The notes: generated by a model not told the origin, from the letters alone. Positions 5,815 to 16,561 are shown, counted from the stretch's first letter. The stretch: 64,000 nucleotides of DNA from a virus (IMGVR_UViG_3300033066_001917:1-64000); one strand, 5' to 3'. Translations and numbers: made by a program.

Positions 5815-6465
5815 CTACTTCCGAGGCCAATTTTTGATGGGGGCATCCACCAAGCTCTGGTCCTTGAAGTCGTACCCATAGGGCACACCAGGAATCTTAT
5901 CCAGGTCTTCCTCAGGGACATCATTTGGTTGAACTCTCAGGATGGGCCCGAAAGTCACAAGGTTCGCTGCCTCGCGTTGAATGGATCGAACGTTAGGACC
6001 TTTGCCGTCACCCGATGTTTCTCGCCCCACCACATAAACCACTTGCGCAGGAATGTGAACGGCGCAGATGACATCCTCCTCATATGTCTCCCGTCGGGAA
6101 GCCAGTTCCTTCTCTTCCCGATCCTTCTTCCTTTGCCTGCGGGCACGGTCTTTCGACTGGCGGATGGATAGAATCCGAGGGTGACTGAAAGATGGGGTCT
6201 CACCCTCCCGAAGAAGGGAGAGATAGCAAACCGCCTGCGCCCGGGAAAGAGTCACACCCCCCTGATAGGAGATATGCTGAACATAAACCCTTGGTCCAGC
6301 CACCGATGCGCTGGCATGATAATAGCGAGCACGACCATTGATGGTGAGGTTTAGACGTTCAAGGTTTTTGAGTCGCGCCGAAATTTCGGACGCAATCTCC
6401 GCCATGGACATCTTTTGGGGATCTTTAAGGTCTTCCACGATCACCAGACCCGGGCAACGAGACAC
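5815..6465 (-). CDS. hypothetical phage protein
   Basis: 216-aa ORF overlapping the upstream gene stop. Confidence 0.65.
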   Translation of the reverse strand: MSRCPGLVIVEDLKDPQKMSMAEIASEISARLKNLERLNLTINGRARYYHASASVAGPRVYVQHISYQGGVTLSRAQAVCYLSLLREGETPSFSHPRILSIRQSKDRARRQRKKDREEKELASRRETYEEDVICAVHIPAQVVYVVGRETSGDGKGPNVRSIQREAANLVTFGPILRVQPNDVPEEDLDKIPGVPYGYDFKDQSLVDAPIKNWPRK

Positions 6466-6755
6466 TCGTAGTAGTAGTAATCCACATCGTTAGCCTCGGC
6501 GATCTTCCGGGCATAGGTCAGGGCGTGCTCCAGATCGGTCTTGGCCTCCATGATGCGACCCTGATCCTCCAGGGTGTTGGCGGAAGCCGACCACCGAACA
6601 CACTCTCGGAGATCCGTCGTCTCGGCGGGCAGAACCCGAGACAGTTCTGCCCACTGATCGGAACCCACCGTAAGGTAGTCCAGAGCCGTCGGGGGAACCG
6701 TTGCACTAGCCTTGAGGAGAATACGGGTGGCCGCGCGAAGCTGATTGATGTTCAT
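6441..6755 (-). CDS. hypothetical phage protein
   Basis: MNINQLR..., GAGG RBS and CGATAT promoter. Confidence 0.7.
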   Translation of the reverse strand: MNINQLRAATRILLKASATVPPTALDYLTVGSDQWAELSRVLPAETTDLRECVRWSASANTLEDQGRIMEAKTDLEHALTYARKIAEANDVDYYYYECLVARVW

Positions 6756-6780
6756 GCGAAACCTCTCACTACTATATCGA

Positions 6781-7089
6781 TTAGCAGAACCGGAAACCAA
6801 CCCACTCCATCTTATTTTCCCGCACCGAATCGAGAAGGGAAAGGAATTCCCCCCCGGTCATCTCTTTGGAATTGTCATCCACGATAATGACGGTATCGGC
6901 ATTTCGGCTGCAGGCTAGACGAACCGCATTGGAATCCTGGGCCCAGGTCATCACGAAACCATTCCTGGATACCGATGACATCTTTCCGATGTGAATCCGG
7001 GGATCATCATCTTGGAGCTGGAGAGTGACGGGACCCGTAGGAAGAATCACGGTGACGGGCTTGACGATCCAATAGAAATTCGTGCTCAT
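6781..7089 (-). CDS. hypothetical phage protein
   Basis: MSTNFY...HIGK.S phage-type motif, AGGAG RBS. Confidence 0.75.
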   Translation of the reverse strand: MSTNFYWIVKPVTVILPTGPVTLQLQDDDPRIHIGKMSSVSRNGFVMTWAQDSNAVRLACSRNADTVIIVDDNSKEMTGGEFLSLLDSVRENKMEWVGFRFC

Positions 7090-7137
7090 GATGTGTCTCC
7101 TAGCTTCTGACTTAATATCGGTTGGGGAAAAAAGAAT

Positions 7138-7650
7138 TCAAGTCCAAGTTTCGTGGTAGTCACATTCGACAATGAGGCCACGAATTTCTCTCAACCACCC
7201 ATCAACACACCGAAGCCGAAAGGAGCTGGAGCTTTCCCGAAGGAGCTCAATCCATTCCTTTAGTTTTGCGTTGGAGATTCGCGCGTCTGGGACTACATCC
7301 CACATGGGTCTGGTATCCATTTCCAAAAGAAAATCATCCCATGTGGATTCCATGCTTAGTCCCATATTTACGAGAACACCGTCTACATAATCTAACCAAT
7401 TGGGGAAATCATAAAAGGTAGGAGAATCGCCGCATCCAGAGCCGTAGGCACCGGACAAGCAATCCCGCATTGTTTCCCACCTGGATTCCACGAACATATG
7501 GTTAAGATGTTCGTAGGACGATGGACCTTTTTGTGTAAGCCACGGCATCCATGGCTCCAAAAGAGCATTCAGCCTGAATGCATTCCCCAGAACTTCTTGG
7601 TGGAATCTACCCTTGATCCGAACCCATGCCAATCCACCCTCGCAACCCAT
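7138..7650 (-). CDS. hypothetical phage protein
   Basis: 170-aa ORF, AGGTG RBS. Confidence 0.7.
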   Translation of the reverse strand: MGCEGGLAWVRIKGRFHQEVLGNAFRLNALLEPWMPWLTQKGPSSYEHLNHMFVESRWETMRDCLSGAYGSGCGDSPTFYDFPNWLDYVDGVLVNMGLSMESTWDDFLLEMDTRPMWDVVPDARISNAKLKEWIELLRESSSSFRLRCVDGWLREIRGLIVECDYHETWT

Positions 7651-7864
7651 ATTGTCACCTAATCATCATGTTGCATGTCGCACCTGCGGAAGTCCATAAG
7701 ACAGGAGTCACACACTGGTGTTCCTTTGCTCAAAACCCTGGCGGAGAAAGAATGGAACTTCGGGAGATCATCCCTCCCCACCATGGCAAGATCAAGGGGT
7801 TTTGTGTCTATTGTTTGTCTCTGGCAGACCTTACAGATGTTCATTGCTTGCTGATCTATCCAGG

Positions 7865-8266
7865 TTATGGGTCGACTAAACCCTCCATCTGTGGAACTCT
7901 ACGGTACATTTCTTCCACACCATCGTAGGACTCCCAGAACTCCAGAACCTCCAGAGGTTCAATTGTCATTGAAGTCCCCACACATTCCGGATTCCCGTGG
8001 GATCCATGTCGGGGAGGGTCAACACCACAGAACCAATTTTCAATGTCTTTAGGTGAACCGGACGTGTCGATCGTTTGTCTTCCGATCTCAACCGCCATTT
8101 TGAACTGGCTCTGGCACCCCTGGCACCCCACCCGAAGCAGCATCACCTGTTTGAAATAGACTCCGCAATGAGTCGGATGGAACTTTTCGTAGCGAGGGAC
8201 CGCATTGTAATCCCACCACAAGGGGGCACCCAGACGGGAAGTGATATCCGAATAGTCAGTGTTCAT
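7865..8266 (-). CDS. hypothetical Cys/His-rich protein
   Basis: CxxC and PPxH...C motifs. Confidence 0.65.
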   Translation of the reverse strand: MNTDYSDITSRLGAPLWWDYNAVPRYEKFHPTHCGVYFKQVMLLRVGCQGCQSQFKMAVEIGRQTIDTSGSPKDIENWFCGVDPPRHGSHGNPECVGTSMTIEPLEVLEFWESYDGVEEMYRRVPQMEGLVDP

Positions 8267-8274
8267 ATGGCACC

Positions 8275-8694
8275 TTAACGGCACGAGTTGAGTTGCTCAA
8301 TCCAATAGGCCCGATGATTGGACCACAATTTCCCCCCGGTCTCCACCACCACCTCATCATGGTAACCCTCACTGTAGTTCCGGTAGTAGGTAGGCTCACG
8401 GCCGAAGTAGGTGGGAGCGAAAACATCATCCGGACCCTTGGCCGGTGGGAACGGTTGAGTCCCATAGGTGTACATCGGAGTACCGTCACAGTCCCGCGTG
8501 TGCTCTACCACATAGAGCGTGAGAGTGACGGAACAGGAATCCCGGTTGAGACGATTCTCGTCCGAAGACCCCTCTACGCGCACGTCCACCTTGACTCGCG
8601 CACCAAGCGGATACTTGTGGCGCTTCGCAAGGTTGTTCTCCCGAACCGTCATGCCGTTCTCTTCAACCATCTCGGAAAACATTTGAATGCCCAT
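8275..8694 (-). CDS. hypothetical phage protein
   Basis: HKYPLG...LYVVEHTRDCDGTPMY, phage-like domain. Confidence 0.7.
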   Translation of the reverse strand: MGIQMFSEMVEENGMTVRENNLAKRHKYPLGARVKVDVRVEGSSDENRLNRDSCSVTLTLYVVEHTRDCDGTPMYTYGTQPFPPAKGPDDVFAPTYFGREPTYYRNYSEGYHDEVVVETGGKLWSNHRAYWIEQLNSCR

Positions 8695-8728
8695 AGGAAA
8701 CCTCGGTGTGTGTTGTACGAGACCGAAA

Positions 8729-8760
8729 GGCGAAAGCAATTACGTTTGCTTTCGCCTTTT
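8729..8760. terminator. intrinsic terminator-like hairpin
   Basis: GGCGAAAGCAA-TTACGT-TTGCTTTCGCC followed by TTTT. Confidence 0.55.
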
Positions 8761-8819
8761 CGATCGCACAATTCTATATCGAATGGGAAAATTCAAATTC
8801 AACTGGTTTCGACGTGGAA

Positions 8820-9341
8820 TCAACCGCCCCTGGAACCGTGGTATTCACCATCCCAGGTTTCCAGAAGCTCTCCGGCTAGGTAGATTCGTCTACCTTGATG
8901 AGCCATTCCACACTCAAAAAAACAATGTTTCATTTTATTGAGGGGGAATTTCCGACTCAGCTCAACAATCACCGGAGTCGGCGGGCCCCATGCGGTGCTG
9001 AACGAATATTTGAGCCGTTTTGGTGAGTTATGGACAACGCCGTCACAAGCATTCCATTTAGTGCCCCATTTAGCGCAATTCCATTCGTACCAGTCAGAAT
9101 ATCCGGTTTCCTCCATCGCTTGTTTGCCCGCGAAGAGACTATCTTTGGTTTGGCTACCCGAGATAGTCTGGTCCAGAATTTTGGGCCTGGGAATGATGGA
9201 TTGGAAATCGAAAACTCTGGCTTGGGGATCAAGCTCCTCAAGCCCTTGAGTTTTCACTGATTCCACAATGAGATCGCGATTGGGTCCGATGATGTAGAGA
9301 TCGTTTTCGCACCAGTTTGGCATAGTTACTTTACGTATCAC
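8820..9341 (-). CDS. DUF1281/YubB ferredoxin-like domain protein
   Basis: MPNWCEN...FDF..IIP.P...WY.W...WGTKWN...F.TAW.PP motifs. Confidence 0.85.
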   Translation of the reverse strand: MIRKVTMPNWCENDLYIIGPNRDLIVESVKTQGLEELDPQARVFDFQSIIPRPKILDQTISGSQTKDSLFAGKQAMEETGYSDWYEWNCAKWGTKWNACDGVVHNSPKRLKYSFSTAWGPPTPVIVELSRKFPLNKMKHCFFECGMAHQGRRIYLAGELLETWDGEYHGSRGG

Positions 9342-10059
9342 TATGCCAAACTGACTCCTCTACCTCTAGAAGCTTACCTTTCCCGTCAACCATCCGCCAC
9401 GGGCCATGGTTGACACTGACCTCAACCGTAAATTCGGTTTCGACAGCCGCCATGACCCACAGGACTCGGGAGAGAGGGAAGTGCATCCCAAAGTAGCGGA
9501 GGATGGCAAGATCGGCCCGGAGAGCAGCGCTCGCCATCTTATCCTCGAAGGCTTCCGACACCTCCTCGTTCCCAACGTGACGAAGGACACCGGCACCGAA
9601 TGTATTGTAATCGAACTGTCCATAAGCGCGGTGGCGCAAATGAGGGGCCGCCTTGTGCCAGACCTCATCGGCTACCACAACAAAGGGACATACGGTGGGC
9701 GTGCGGCCGGGGGAAGAGAATCGAATGGCCAGGAAATCTTCCGATCCATTGGGGCCTCGAATCCCCTCCACACTCGAACCAAGGCGACAGAGGGAACGGA
9801 GATTGCTCTGAATTGCCAGCAAACTGGTTTCAGATGTCGGGGGGGTATAGGTGGGATCATCCTTTTGACATAGGAGATGATCCTCGCTGACCCAACCGTG
9901 ACGAGTGAGAACCGCCGCAAATTCGGTAACTTCCCCGTTGTGATGGGTGATGGACCAAACTTCCCGTGTGCCTTCGACCGCGGCGATTTCCTCGCCACAC
10001 ATCGGGCGACCATCCGCCGACCACGAATAGTCCAACCGACTCCACGTGTACTTAGTCAT
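9331..10059 (-). CDS. hypothetical phage protein
   Basis: 242-aa ORF, GAGGG RBS. Confidence 0.7.
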   Translation of the reverse strand: MTKYTWSRLDYSWSADGRPMCGEEIAAVEGTREVWSITHHNGEVTEFAAVLTRHGWVSEDHLLCQKDDPTYTPPTSETSLLAIQSNLRSLCRLGSSVEGIRGPNGSEDFLAIRFSSPGRTPTVCPFVVVADEVWHKAAPHLRHRAYGQFDYNTFGAGVLRHVGNEEVSEAFEDKMASAALRADLAILRYFGMHFPLSRVLWVMAAVETEFTVEVSVNHGPWRMVDGKGKLLEVEESVWHSDT

Positions 10060-10101
10060 GATTCCCTCAACTTTATATCTAGTGAGGACGGGTAGGAAAA
10101 A

Positions 10102-10770
10102 TCAGAAATCGATTCGGGTGACCGTCTCGGCGCTATTGTAGAACCGAATCCCGTTCTGCTCTGCGGAACGACCACCCTGCTCATGGACGTGACCGAAGCA
10201 GTGGACCTTCACCTTATGGTCCCTGTACATGAGAGCCGTTGTCAGGGGCTCAATCCCCACATGGTCCTCATCAAACCCCGTACCATCGAGGATCCCCTGG
10301 GGAGGGGCATGGGTAACGAGAATGTCGGGGTTGCCCTGCTCGAAAGTGTCAAACACCTGAGCCTGAAGAGTCCCACGATCGGCCTCTCCGTTCCACTCTC
10401 CGGCGATGTAGGGGATCTCGCGGAATCCCGCAAAACGGATACCCTTTACGGTCACCCCCTGAGGCGTTACCTCATATGCCTCTACCCCCATGGCACGAAG
10501 ACGGAGCGCCATGTTGATGTAATCGTGGTTACCCCCAACACAAACGACAGGGGCCCCACGAAGGCGGGAAATGATGCTGTCCGCCTTATGACGAAACCAC
10601 CGAGCCTGATAAGGGACCTCCTCGGCCTCTTTACCACGGGTTTTGTTGGGGAACATATCCCCCGAGAGGATCCACAGATCCGGAGTTACGTCCGGAAAAG
10701 CGTCGTAGCCCAGGGAACGACTATTGGTCTTGTATCGACCATGGAAATCGCTAGCGTGGAGAATGATCAT
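10102..10770 (-). CDS. calcineurin-like metallophosphoesterase (Icc-like)
   Basis: SDFHG, GD, GNHD, TH.PP, GHVHE motifs. Confidence 0.9.
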   Translation of the reverse strand: MIILHASDFHGRYKTNSRSLGYDAFPDVTPDLWILSGDMFPNKTRGKEAEEVPYQARWFRHKADSIISRLRGAPVVCVGGNHDYINMALRLRAMGVEAYEVTPQGVTVKGIRFAGFREIPYIAGEWNGEADRGTLQAQVFDTFEQGNPDILVTHAPPQGILDGTGFDEDHVGIEPLTTALMYRDHKVKVHCFGHVHEQGGRSAEQNGIRFYNSAETVTRIDF

Positions 10771-11239
10771 GATGACTCCGAATGGGGAACGAAGTGCCCC
10801 CAAGAAGGTTTGAGAGAACAACTGCAAAAGCCGCAATTTGCCTACGAGCTTGAAGAACAGACGGGGTTGACATAAATGCGGAACGAGCAACCAACCTGTG
10901 ACAATCTCTGAGAAACATGGCTTGGTAGAGAATCCAAGGGTTATAGTCCCGGTAATTTAACCGATATGCTTCGATGATTTTGCTTCTCTCGTTGTCATCC
11001 CAAGCATTTTTGTAGAGAGATTCCGGCACTTCTATTTCACGGTCAGCCATCTGACCGCGTCTAACGGATTCCCGTAGGGCATCAGCAATCCCTTCGATTG
11101 TGGTTCGAATCCACTCGTCATCTTCAGGGGAGAGTTCCGCTTTATCCAGATATCTCTCAATGCCGTGCCCGATAGACTCAACCCGATCGGCAAGCTCAAA
11201 ACTTGCCTTAACGTTGTATTTGCCGGTCAGCAGTTCCAT
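10751..11239 (-). CDS. hypothetical phage protein
   Basis: 162-aa ORF, GAGG RBS. Confidence 0.65.
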   Translation of the reverse strand: MELLTGKYNVKASFELADRVESIGHGIERYLDKAELSPEDDEWIRTTIEGIADALRESVRRGQMADREIEVPESLYKNAWDDNERSKIIEAYRLNYRDYNPWILYQAMFLRDCHRLVARSAFMSTPSVLQARRQIAAFAVVLSNLLGGTSFPIRSHHDHSPR

Positions 11240-11281
11240 GCCATCCTCTCCTGTATCGCATGGCGGGTCAGAAAACCAAGT

Positions 11282-11971
11282 TCATTTAGGGATCCAGATG
11301 TGGAGGCCCAACCTATCCAGGCGTGCGGGAATCACCCCAATATTCCAGATATCACGAAGCTGAGGAATTACGGTATCCCCGTGGGTCCCATCTACACGAC
11401 AGGGGATTGAACCCAGAAGTTGATTGTGGCACACTTGATCCCGCTGGGATAGAAACGCCACAACATCTTCGATCGGTCCAGTCGGGAGGGGGTCGACAAC
11501 CCGAACCATGTTTGACACCCGCCATGTGACCGTGGGGGGACCATAAACCTCGCGGCTGAAAAGCTTTCTTTCGCCCTCGGCTGAAGACCACAATCCTTCC
11601 GCTTCGGCCCAAGCCAGGAAAGACTTTGCCTGTCGTTCCACCTCCAGAATGTTGTCCACTCCTAGCGAGGCCCAAATGGATAGCATCCTTAGAGAAGTAG
11701 GGAGAAGAATGTCCTCGCTGGAGTGACCCTGGCAATCGAAACAAGGACGCTCCCCATATCGATCCATCATTGCCCCAGAGCCCCCACATGAAAGACAAAC
11801 GAACCGACGACCCAGACGATCATTAGGGTCAGTGGGGGGTGGGACCAACCCAGCTTCCTGGAGATCGGTATAGGCCGACCGAAGTCCCATCTGATCTTCT
11901 TTGTCCAGATATTTCGGGTCCCAACACTCGTTGGGGTTGGGGGATCCAGTTAGCAAGGAATATACATTCAT
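11282..11971 (-). CDS. hypothetical protein with DnaJ-type Zn finger
   Basis: CLSCGGSG...CFDCQG. Confidence 0.65.
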   Translation of the reverse strand: MNVYSLLTGSPNPNECWDPKYLDKEDQMGLRSAYTDLQEAGLVPPPTDPNDRLGRRFVCLSCGGSGAMMDRYGERPCFDCQGHSSEDILLPTSLRMLSIWASLGVDNILEVERQAKSFLAWAEAEGLWSSAEGERKLFSREVYGPPTVTWRVSNMVRVVDPLPTGPIEDVVAFLSQRDQVCHNQLLGSIPCRVDGTHGDTVIPQLRDIWNIGVIPARLDRLGLHIWIPK

Positions 11972-12264
11972 GGGATTATCCTTCAGTAGATGCGGAGAAC
12001 ACGAACCCAGGAGTCGACAGAGGGCTGGTAGAGCCACACTTTGCGACCCTTATAGATGTCAATCGCGGATTGACAGAGAGGGACATGCTGAGTGAAACCT
12101 TCAAACTCGGAGAGTCCGTTATTTGGATCCCCATACCAGATCAATACTGGAAGGTCCCGATCCACCTGGACGTGCCCACCCTCGAACTCGACACAAAGAC
12201 AGTTGGTGTGTGTTTCTTTACCCATGTGTGCCTCTGTACCAATATCGGTTGAGGGGTTGAAAAA

Positions 12265-13017
12265 TCAACTATAAATAGGATGAAGTGCCAGACCCAAACG
12301 ACGGAGCTCCTCGCTCGCTGCAAGAATGTCGTTGGTTTCTATGGTGATGTGACTCTCCGAGGTAAACTTTCCAGAAGGGGAAAGGGTCATAAGCGCCACA
12401 ATTGGGGCACCACCACGACCTGTCATTTCCATACCTTTTATTTTCCAGAAAGCCTCAAACAACGCAACCCGTCCTTTCCGAAGACAAGCTAGGATAGCCT
12501 CAAGCGGCTTATTTTCAGGTGCCAGAATTGTAGCCCCACTTCCGAGAATGGTGGCTACAATAGAACCGACTTTTTCTTCGGGTATGGAGAAGCGTTCAAA
12601 ATCAGCGGAATCTCGCTCCTTCAGCTTCCTCTCCAGATCCATTAGTGCTTCTTCCGCGCTAAAAGCCAGAGTGTAGGCAAAGGCATCCGTAGTCTGGCTT
12701 CTAAGGAAAGCCTCGTACTCCTCCCGCATCTTGCGAGAATTATATGTTCTTTGAATTTCGATGAAATCCGTGATGGAAACCAAATGCCGAAAAAGAATAT
12801 CCGAAGCAAAGGTCTCCAGATCCGAAGATGGGGTGTCTAGCACCCCAAGCCGAAGAATTTTTTCCACTCTTAGCTTACGACTTTTTAGTCGATTTTGGTT
12901 TGCGCTTCTTGGGCTGGAGAGCCTCGGAAATGCCAAGTGTCTTGGCGGCTTGGCACAGCCTATCATAGTGAGGAAGGAAGTTGTTTTCTTTGTAGTGGAA
13001 AGCCACCCAGGAAACAC
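12265..13017 (-). CDS. hypothetical phage protein (start probably near 12870)
   Basis: Long co-oriented ORF. Confidence 0.55.
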   Translation of the reverse strand: MFPGWLSTTKKTTSFLTMIGCAKPPRHLAFPRLSSPRSANQNRLKSRKLRVEKILRLGVLDTPSSDLETFASDILFRHLVSITDFIEIQRTYNSRKMREEYEAFLRSQTTDAFAYTLAFSAEEALMDLERKLKERDSADFERFSIPEEKVGSIVATILGSGATILAPENKPLEAILACLRKGRVALFEAFWKIKGMEMTGRGGAPIVALMTLSPSGKFTSESHITIETNDILAASEELRRLGLALHPIYS

Positions 13018-13366
13018 CCGTACTGTAATCTTTCACCCGACCGTTTGAGTGGTCAAAAGCTTTACGGTAGGCGGGAGAATCATAGAAACCACCCGGTTCG
13101 TCAATATCCTCAAAGAAAAGAGCCCCCATCTCCATAAGAGGACGAAGGTGCTTTTCGAAACTAATGGGGGACCCAAGAAACTCCTCCAACTCCTTCGTGG
13201 GGCACTTATAGCGGGTTGTTCCGGAGCAAGCGAGGAGGAGAGATTCCATCCGCTCCCGGGGGGTAGATTTACCTTCCCTTCGAACGGGATACTCGTAGTA
13301 TTCCGGGGTGCTGTGGGTTGTGAGGAAGAGAAGGATATCGGCGGGGGAGCGATCAGGCATAGTCAC
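12875..13366 (-). CDS. hypothetical phage protein
   Basis: 163-aa ORF, AGGTG RBS. Confidence 0.65.
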   Translation of the reverse strand: MTMPDRSPADILLFLTTHSTPEYYEYPVRREGKSTPRERMESLLLACSGTTRYKCPTKELEEFLGSPISFEKHLRPLMEMGALFFEDIDEPGGFYDSPAYRKAFDHSNGRVKDYSTGVSWVAFHYKENNFLPHYDRLCQAAKTLGISEALQPKKRKPKSTKKS

Positions 13367-13421
13367 ACCTGATACTTGTTATGTCATTTTAGGGGAAGGT
13401 GAATAGCATCACCTAGCGTTT

Positions 13422-14150
13422 TCAGGCGCTGGCAACCTGAGTAGCAACGTAGCGCCCACGTTCGGTGCGGCGCAATTCCCCTCGCCTCATTAGTGTGGTG
13501 CAAAAGTTTGTTGCCATCTGACTGGGGCCCGTTCTACCTTCCGGTAGATTCTTGCGAAGCCACTCTACGATGTCGGTTCGAGTGACAGGACCCCCAACCG
13601 AACGAACCCAAGTCAGAAGGTTGGTTGTGTTCGAACTCAACGACCGTTTATCAACACCCGCGCAGCGGTAAACACCAGGGGCCACGCGAAAAACCAAACC
13701 GGCTTTGACCATCTTGGTCAACAGAAAGCTGACCCGGGTCTGGAGGTTAAGGTGCGGGATAGCCGAAAAAAGGCTATGCTGCTGAAAGTAAGACACCATC
13801 TCATGAATCGAGACGCGACGCCCATGAGCCATGAACTCAAGGAGAATGGTTCGCATCGCCTTCTCCCCTGTAGGGGTGGGGGTAGTAAACCCTCTGAGAG
13901 CCGGACGCTGCGCCGAAACTGTAGGCAGTGTTGGCTTGGAAACAGTTTCCGAACCCACAGGAGCAGTTGTCACGGTCACTACAGTTTCCTCCGCACCCAA
14001 GGAGCGGAGCAACGAGGCTTGCTGTTCCTCTAGGGCGCTAAGTTGATCCTGGGTGTGGGCCAAGTTTTCAGCAACCTGAGCCAGTTGCATAAGAATACCT
14101 GCCTTTGTACGAAGAGACCTTGATTCCTCTGTTCTACCCTCTGTTGTCAT
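13422..14150 (-). CDS. coiled-coil plus tandem winged-helix protein
   Basis: N-terminal heptads; two wHTH-like units ending GLVFRVAPGVY and GELRRTERGRY. Confidence 0.7.
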   Translation of the reverse strand: MTTEGRTEESRSLRTKAGILMQLAQVAENLAHTQDQLSALEEQQASLLRSLGAEETVVTVTTAPVGSETVSKPTLPTVSAQRPALRGFTTPTPTGEKAMRTILLEFMAHGRRVSIHEMVSYFQQHSLFSAIPHLNLQTRVSFLLTKMVKAGLVFRVAPGVYRCAGVDKRSLSSNTTNLLTWVRSVGGPVTRTDIVEWLRKNLPEGRTGPSQMATNFCTTLMRRGELRRTERGRYVATQVASA

Positions 14151-14160
14151 ATAATTTCTC

Positions 14161-15651
14161 CTAGTGCGATGGGGTGAAGTACCCCCGATAGTTGCACACG
14201 CGGTATTTACCCGGACTGACGCGGGTTAAGCACCCAAAATCGACGAGAGAAGCTAGATTATGGCTAGCAAGGGTACGAATATCCCGGGAGGAAACCCCAC
14301 GAGACTGCAGCCAGGACACAACGTCATCCACCGCGTAAGTTTTCGTAGCGTCCTTTCGAAGATTATCCAGCAGATCCCTTGTATGAGATTGAACTCCCGG
14401 GGGGTAGTCCCCGTGACTGCTGGGGTTGAGCCTACCCGTTTTTGATGCCACGGCCGGACCTGACGGCGAGGCTGTTGCCACCTCTGGTGCCAGAGGATCC
14501 TTCAAGATGCGATACTCGGACCCTAGAGCCAGGAGAGAACCATTCTGAATAAGATCACCAAGGATCTCGTGTAGCACAAGAGGATATTTTGCCGACCCAC
14601 TGGGGTGAAATGCGGCAATGTCCTCACCCTTGTATATAGTAGTCTTCCCCAACCGATACATTTTGGAGATTCCGTTTAGATACGCTTGCTTCACTTCACC
14701 CGGAGTAATTGCCGATTCCGCCAACGGGTCTTTAAGAATCTCATATTTTCCAGTGTGTGGGTTAAAGTCAAGAATCCCCTGACCTATAAGAACGTTAAAT
14801 ACAACGCCAGAAGCAAGGGGTTCGGCAAGCTCCGAACGAGACACAATCCGAGCACCTTTACGGTACAAATCGGAAGCTTTCTGACGAAGCTCACTTAGAC
14901 GATCGGAGATTGACTTAACGTCGGCCGCGGAAGGTGGGTCCTCCGAAGGTACGGGGTGTGGGTCCTTGAGGATTGTGTAAGTTTGATTCGATGGATCGGG
15001 ACGAAGGAACCCTTGACCCACCAGAGACCCAAGAATCACGGTTCTGTGGGACGGTAGGATTAACGCGGGGAATAGATCATCGGGCTTCACCCGATAGGTT
15101 CCGGATCGGAAGATCCTGGAAATGGTAGCCAACACCTGACCGATGGAGGTTCTTTCGGTTTGGGGGGCAGGTTTTGGGTTATCCGTTTGTGGACTCGCGG
15201 CTGCTTCGGCAGATGGGCGATGGCCTTGGGCTTTGTAGTACCTGAAATGAAGCCCATCATTAGACTTAATCTGAATTAGATTGACCCTGGACATTTGACC
15301 AAGAATGTTTTTGATATCCTCAATGATATCCGAACTGTTAGGGCCCGTGACCCCGGCCATTCTCTCAACAATCTGCCCCAAAGACAAACCGTTCTCCTGA
15401 CCCTCCAGGATATCAAGAATGAGATCAAAAATTTTCCCGCGAGCTTTTTCGGCCCGGTTTGCTCCGGGGGGTTCCGCAAGTATTTCTTTGGCGGCCAAAA
15501 TTGTTCGCTTTTGCGATTCCTCAATCAATCTCGAAACCAAAGCCATGTGCTCGGATCGAAGCGCCTGAACCCGAATCCGAATTTTGGACTCCTGATCAGT
15601 CAAGGTTTCGATTTCATTTTCAATTTCTTTGAGCTTTGCAAGGTTAGTCAT
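14161..15651 (-). CDS. coiled-coil plus multiple winged-helix repeat protein
   Basis: Three repeats ending Y.ILKDP, terminal GCLTRVSPGKY wing. Confidence 0.7.
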   Translation of the reverse strand: MTNLAKLKEIENEIETLTDQESKIRIRVQALRSEHMALVSRLIEESQKRTILAAKEILAEPPGANRAEKARGKIFDLILDILEGQENGLSLGQIVERMAGVTGPNSSDIIEDIKNILGQMSRVNLIQIKSNDGLHFRYYKAQGHRPSAEAAASPQTDNPKPAPQTERTSIGQVLATISRIFRSGTYRVKPDDLFPALILPSHRTVILGSLVGQGFLRPDPSNQTYTILKDPHPVPSEDPPSAADVKSISDRLSELRQKASDLYRKGARIVSRSELAEPLASGVVFNVLIGQGILDFNPHTGKYEILKDPLAESAITPGEVKQAYLNGISKMYRLGKTTIYKGEDIAAFHPSGSAKYPLVLHEILGDLIQNGSLLALGSEYRILKDPLAPEVATASPSGPAVASKTGRLNPSSHGDYPPGVQSHTRDLLDNLRKDATKTYAVDDVVSWLQSRGVSSRDIRTLASHNLASLVDFGCLTRVSPGKYRVCNYRGYFTPSH

Positions 15652-15713
15652 TATAGGTCACCTTTCGTTGGTTTGACCAGGATGTGTTACGAATTTTGAG
15701 GTCAAGAAAGAGC

Positions 15714-15754
15714 TAAATGGCCCGTGACTCCTTTCGGAAATCACGGGCCATTTA
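15714..15754. terminator. 14-bp inverted repeat, probable terminator
   Basis: TAAATGGCCCGTGA...TCACGGGCCATTTA immediately after a stop codon. Confidence 0.65.
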
Positions 15755-15755
15755 A

Positions 15756-16148
15756 CTAGCGACACACGGTGATGTGATCCCCGAGAGGCAACCCATCCGC
15801 TACCACACGAGAAGTCGATTGTTTCAAAGCCTGGACGGCGAAAGGAACCGGAACCAACATCTCAGCCCCTCCAGGGTAGTTCCAGGAACATTCGCCCACC
15901 CGAACCACGGCTGTTACAGACGTTGTAACACCGTCGGGATCAAGATGCCATGAGAGAGACACCACGTCCTCGGGAAGGGAATCTAGGGTATCCTCCAAGC
16001 GTTGTAGGGCATCCAAGCGAAGCGAGAGCTCCATAGCACTCTCCGCCTCATCCGAATAACCGGATTCCTCCATATGGCTCATGGCATCCATTGCCTTTTC
16101 ATCGGCAATCGAGTTCATCATGTCATGGTCTACGGTCTCACTGGTCAT
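15756..16148 (-). CDS. hypothetical acidic protein
   Basis: MTSETV... co-oriented ORF. Confidence 0.6.
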   Translation of the reverse strand: MTSETVDHDMMNSIADEKAMDAMSHMEESGYSDEAESAMELSLRLDALQRLEDTLDSLPEDVVSLSWHLDPDGVTTSVTAVVRVGECSWNYPGGAEMLVPVPFAVQALKQSTSRVVADGLPLGDHITVCR

Positions 16149-16561
16149 GTGGCCCAACCCTTCAGATATCAAGACAGGCGTTGAAGAGACGAAGGAAACC
16201 CCCAGGACCCTTCTCGTCCGTATCCAGGGCAGTCCACAGGGCTTCGAGATTGAGCTCCTCGGTCCCCCAGAACTCCCAACGGAAACGATCGTATCCATCC
16301 TGGTACGTCCGATTCTCGGGGAAAAGGGTGCTGACTTCCTCGCGCCCAAGGAATCTGGCCGCACGGTGCTGAAGCTCCCGAGTCATGGCGCGACACGCAA
16401 AGTAGCCATGCTTGTGGGTGCGGGGGTAGTCCAGCAGAAGACTGGTATGAGGATAGGGAGAATGGCGAAGAACCACCACCATGTTGGAACCCAGCGAACG
16501 AGTGATCTCCATAGGCCGTTACCTCTCAGCCTTATATCGATTGCGCTAGGGATAAACCAAC

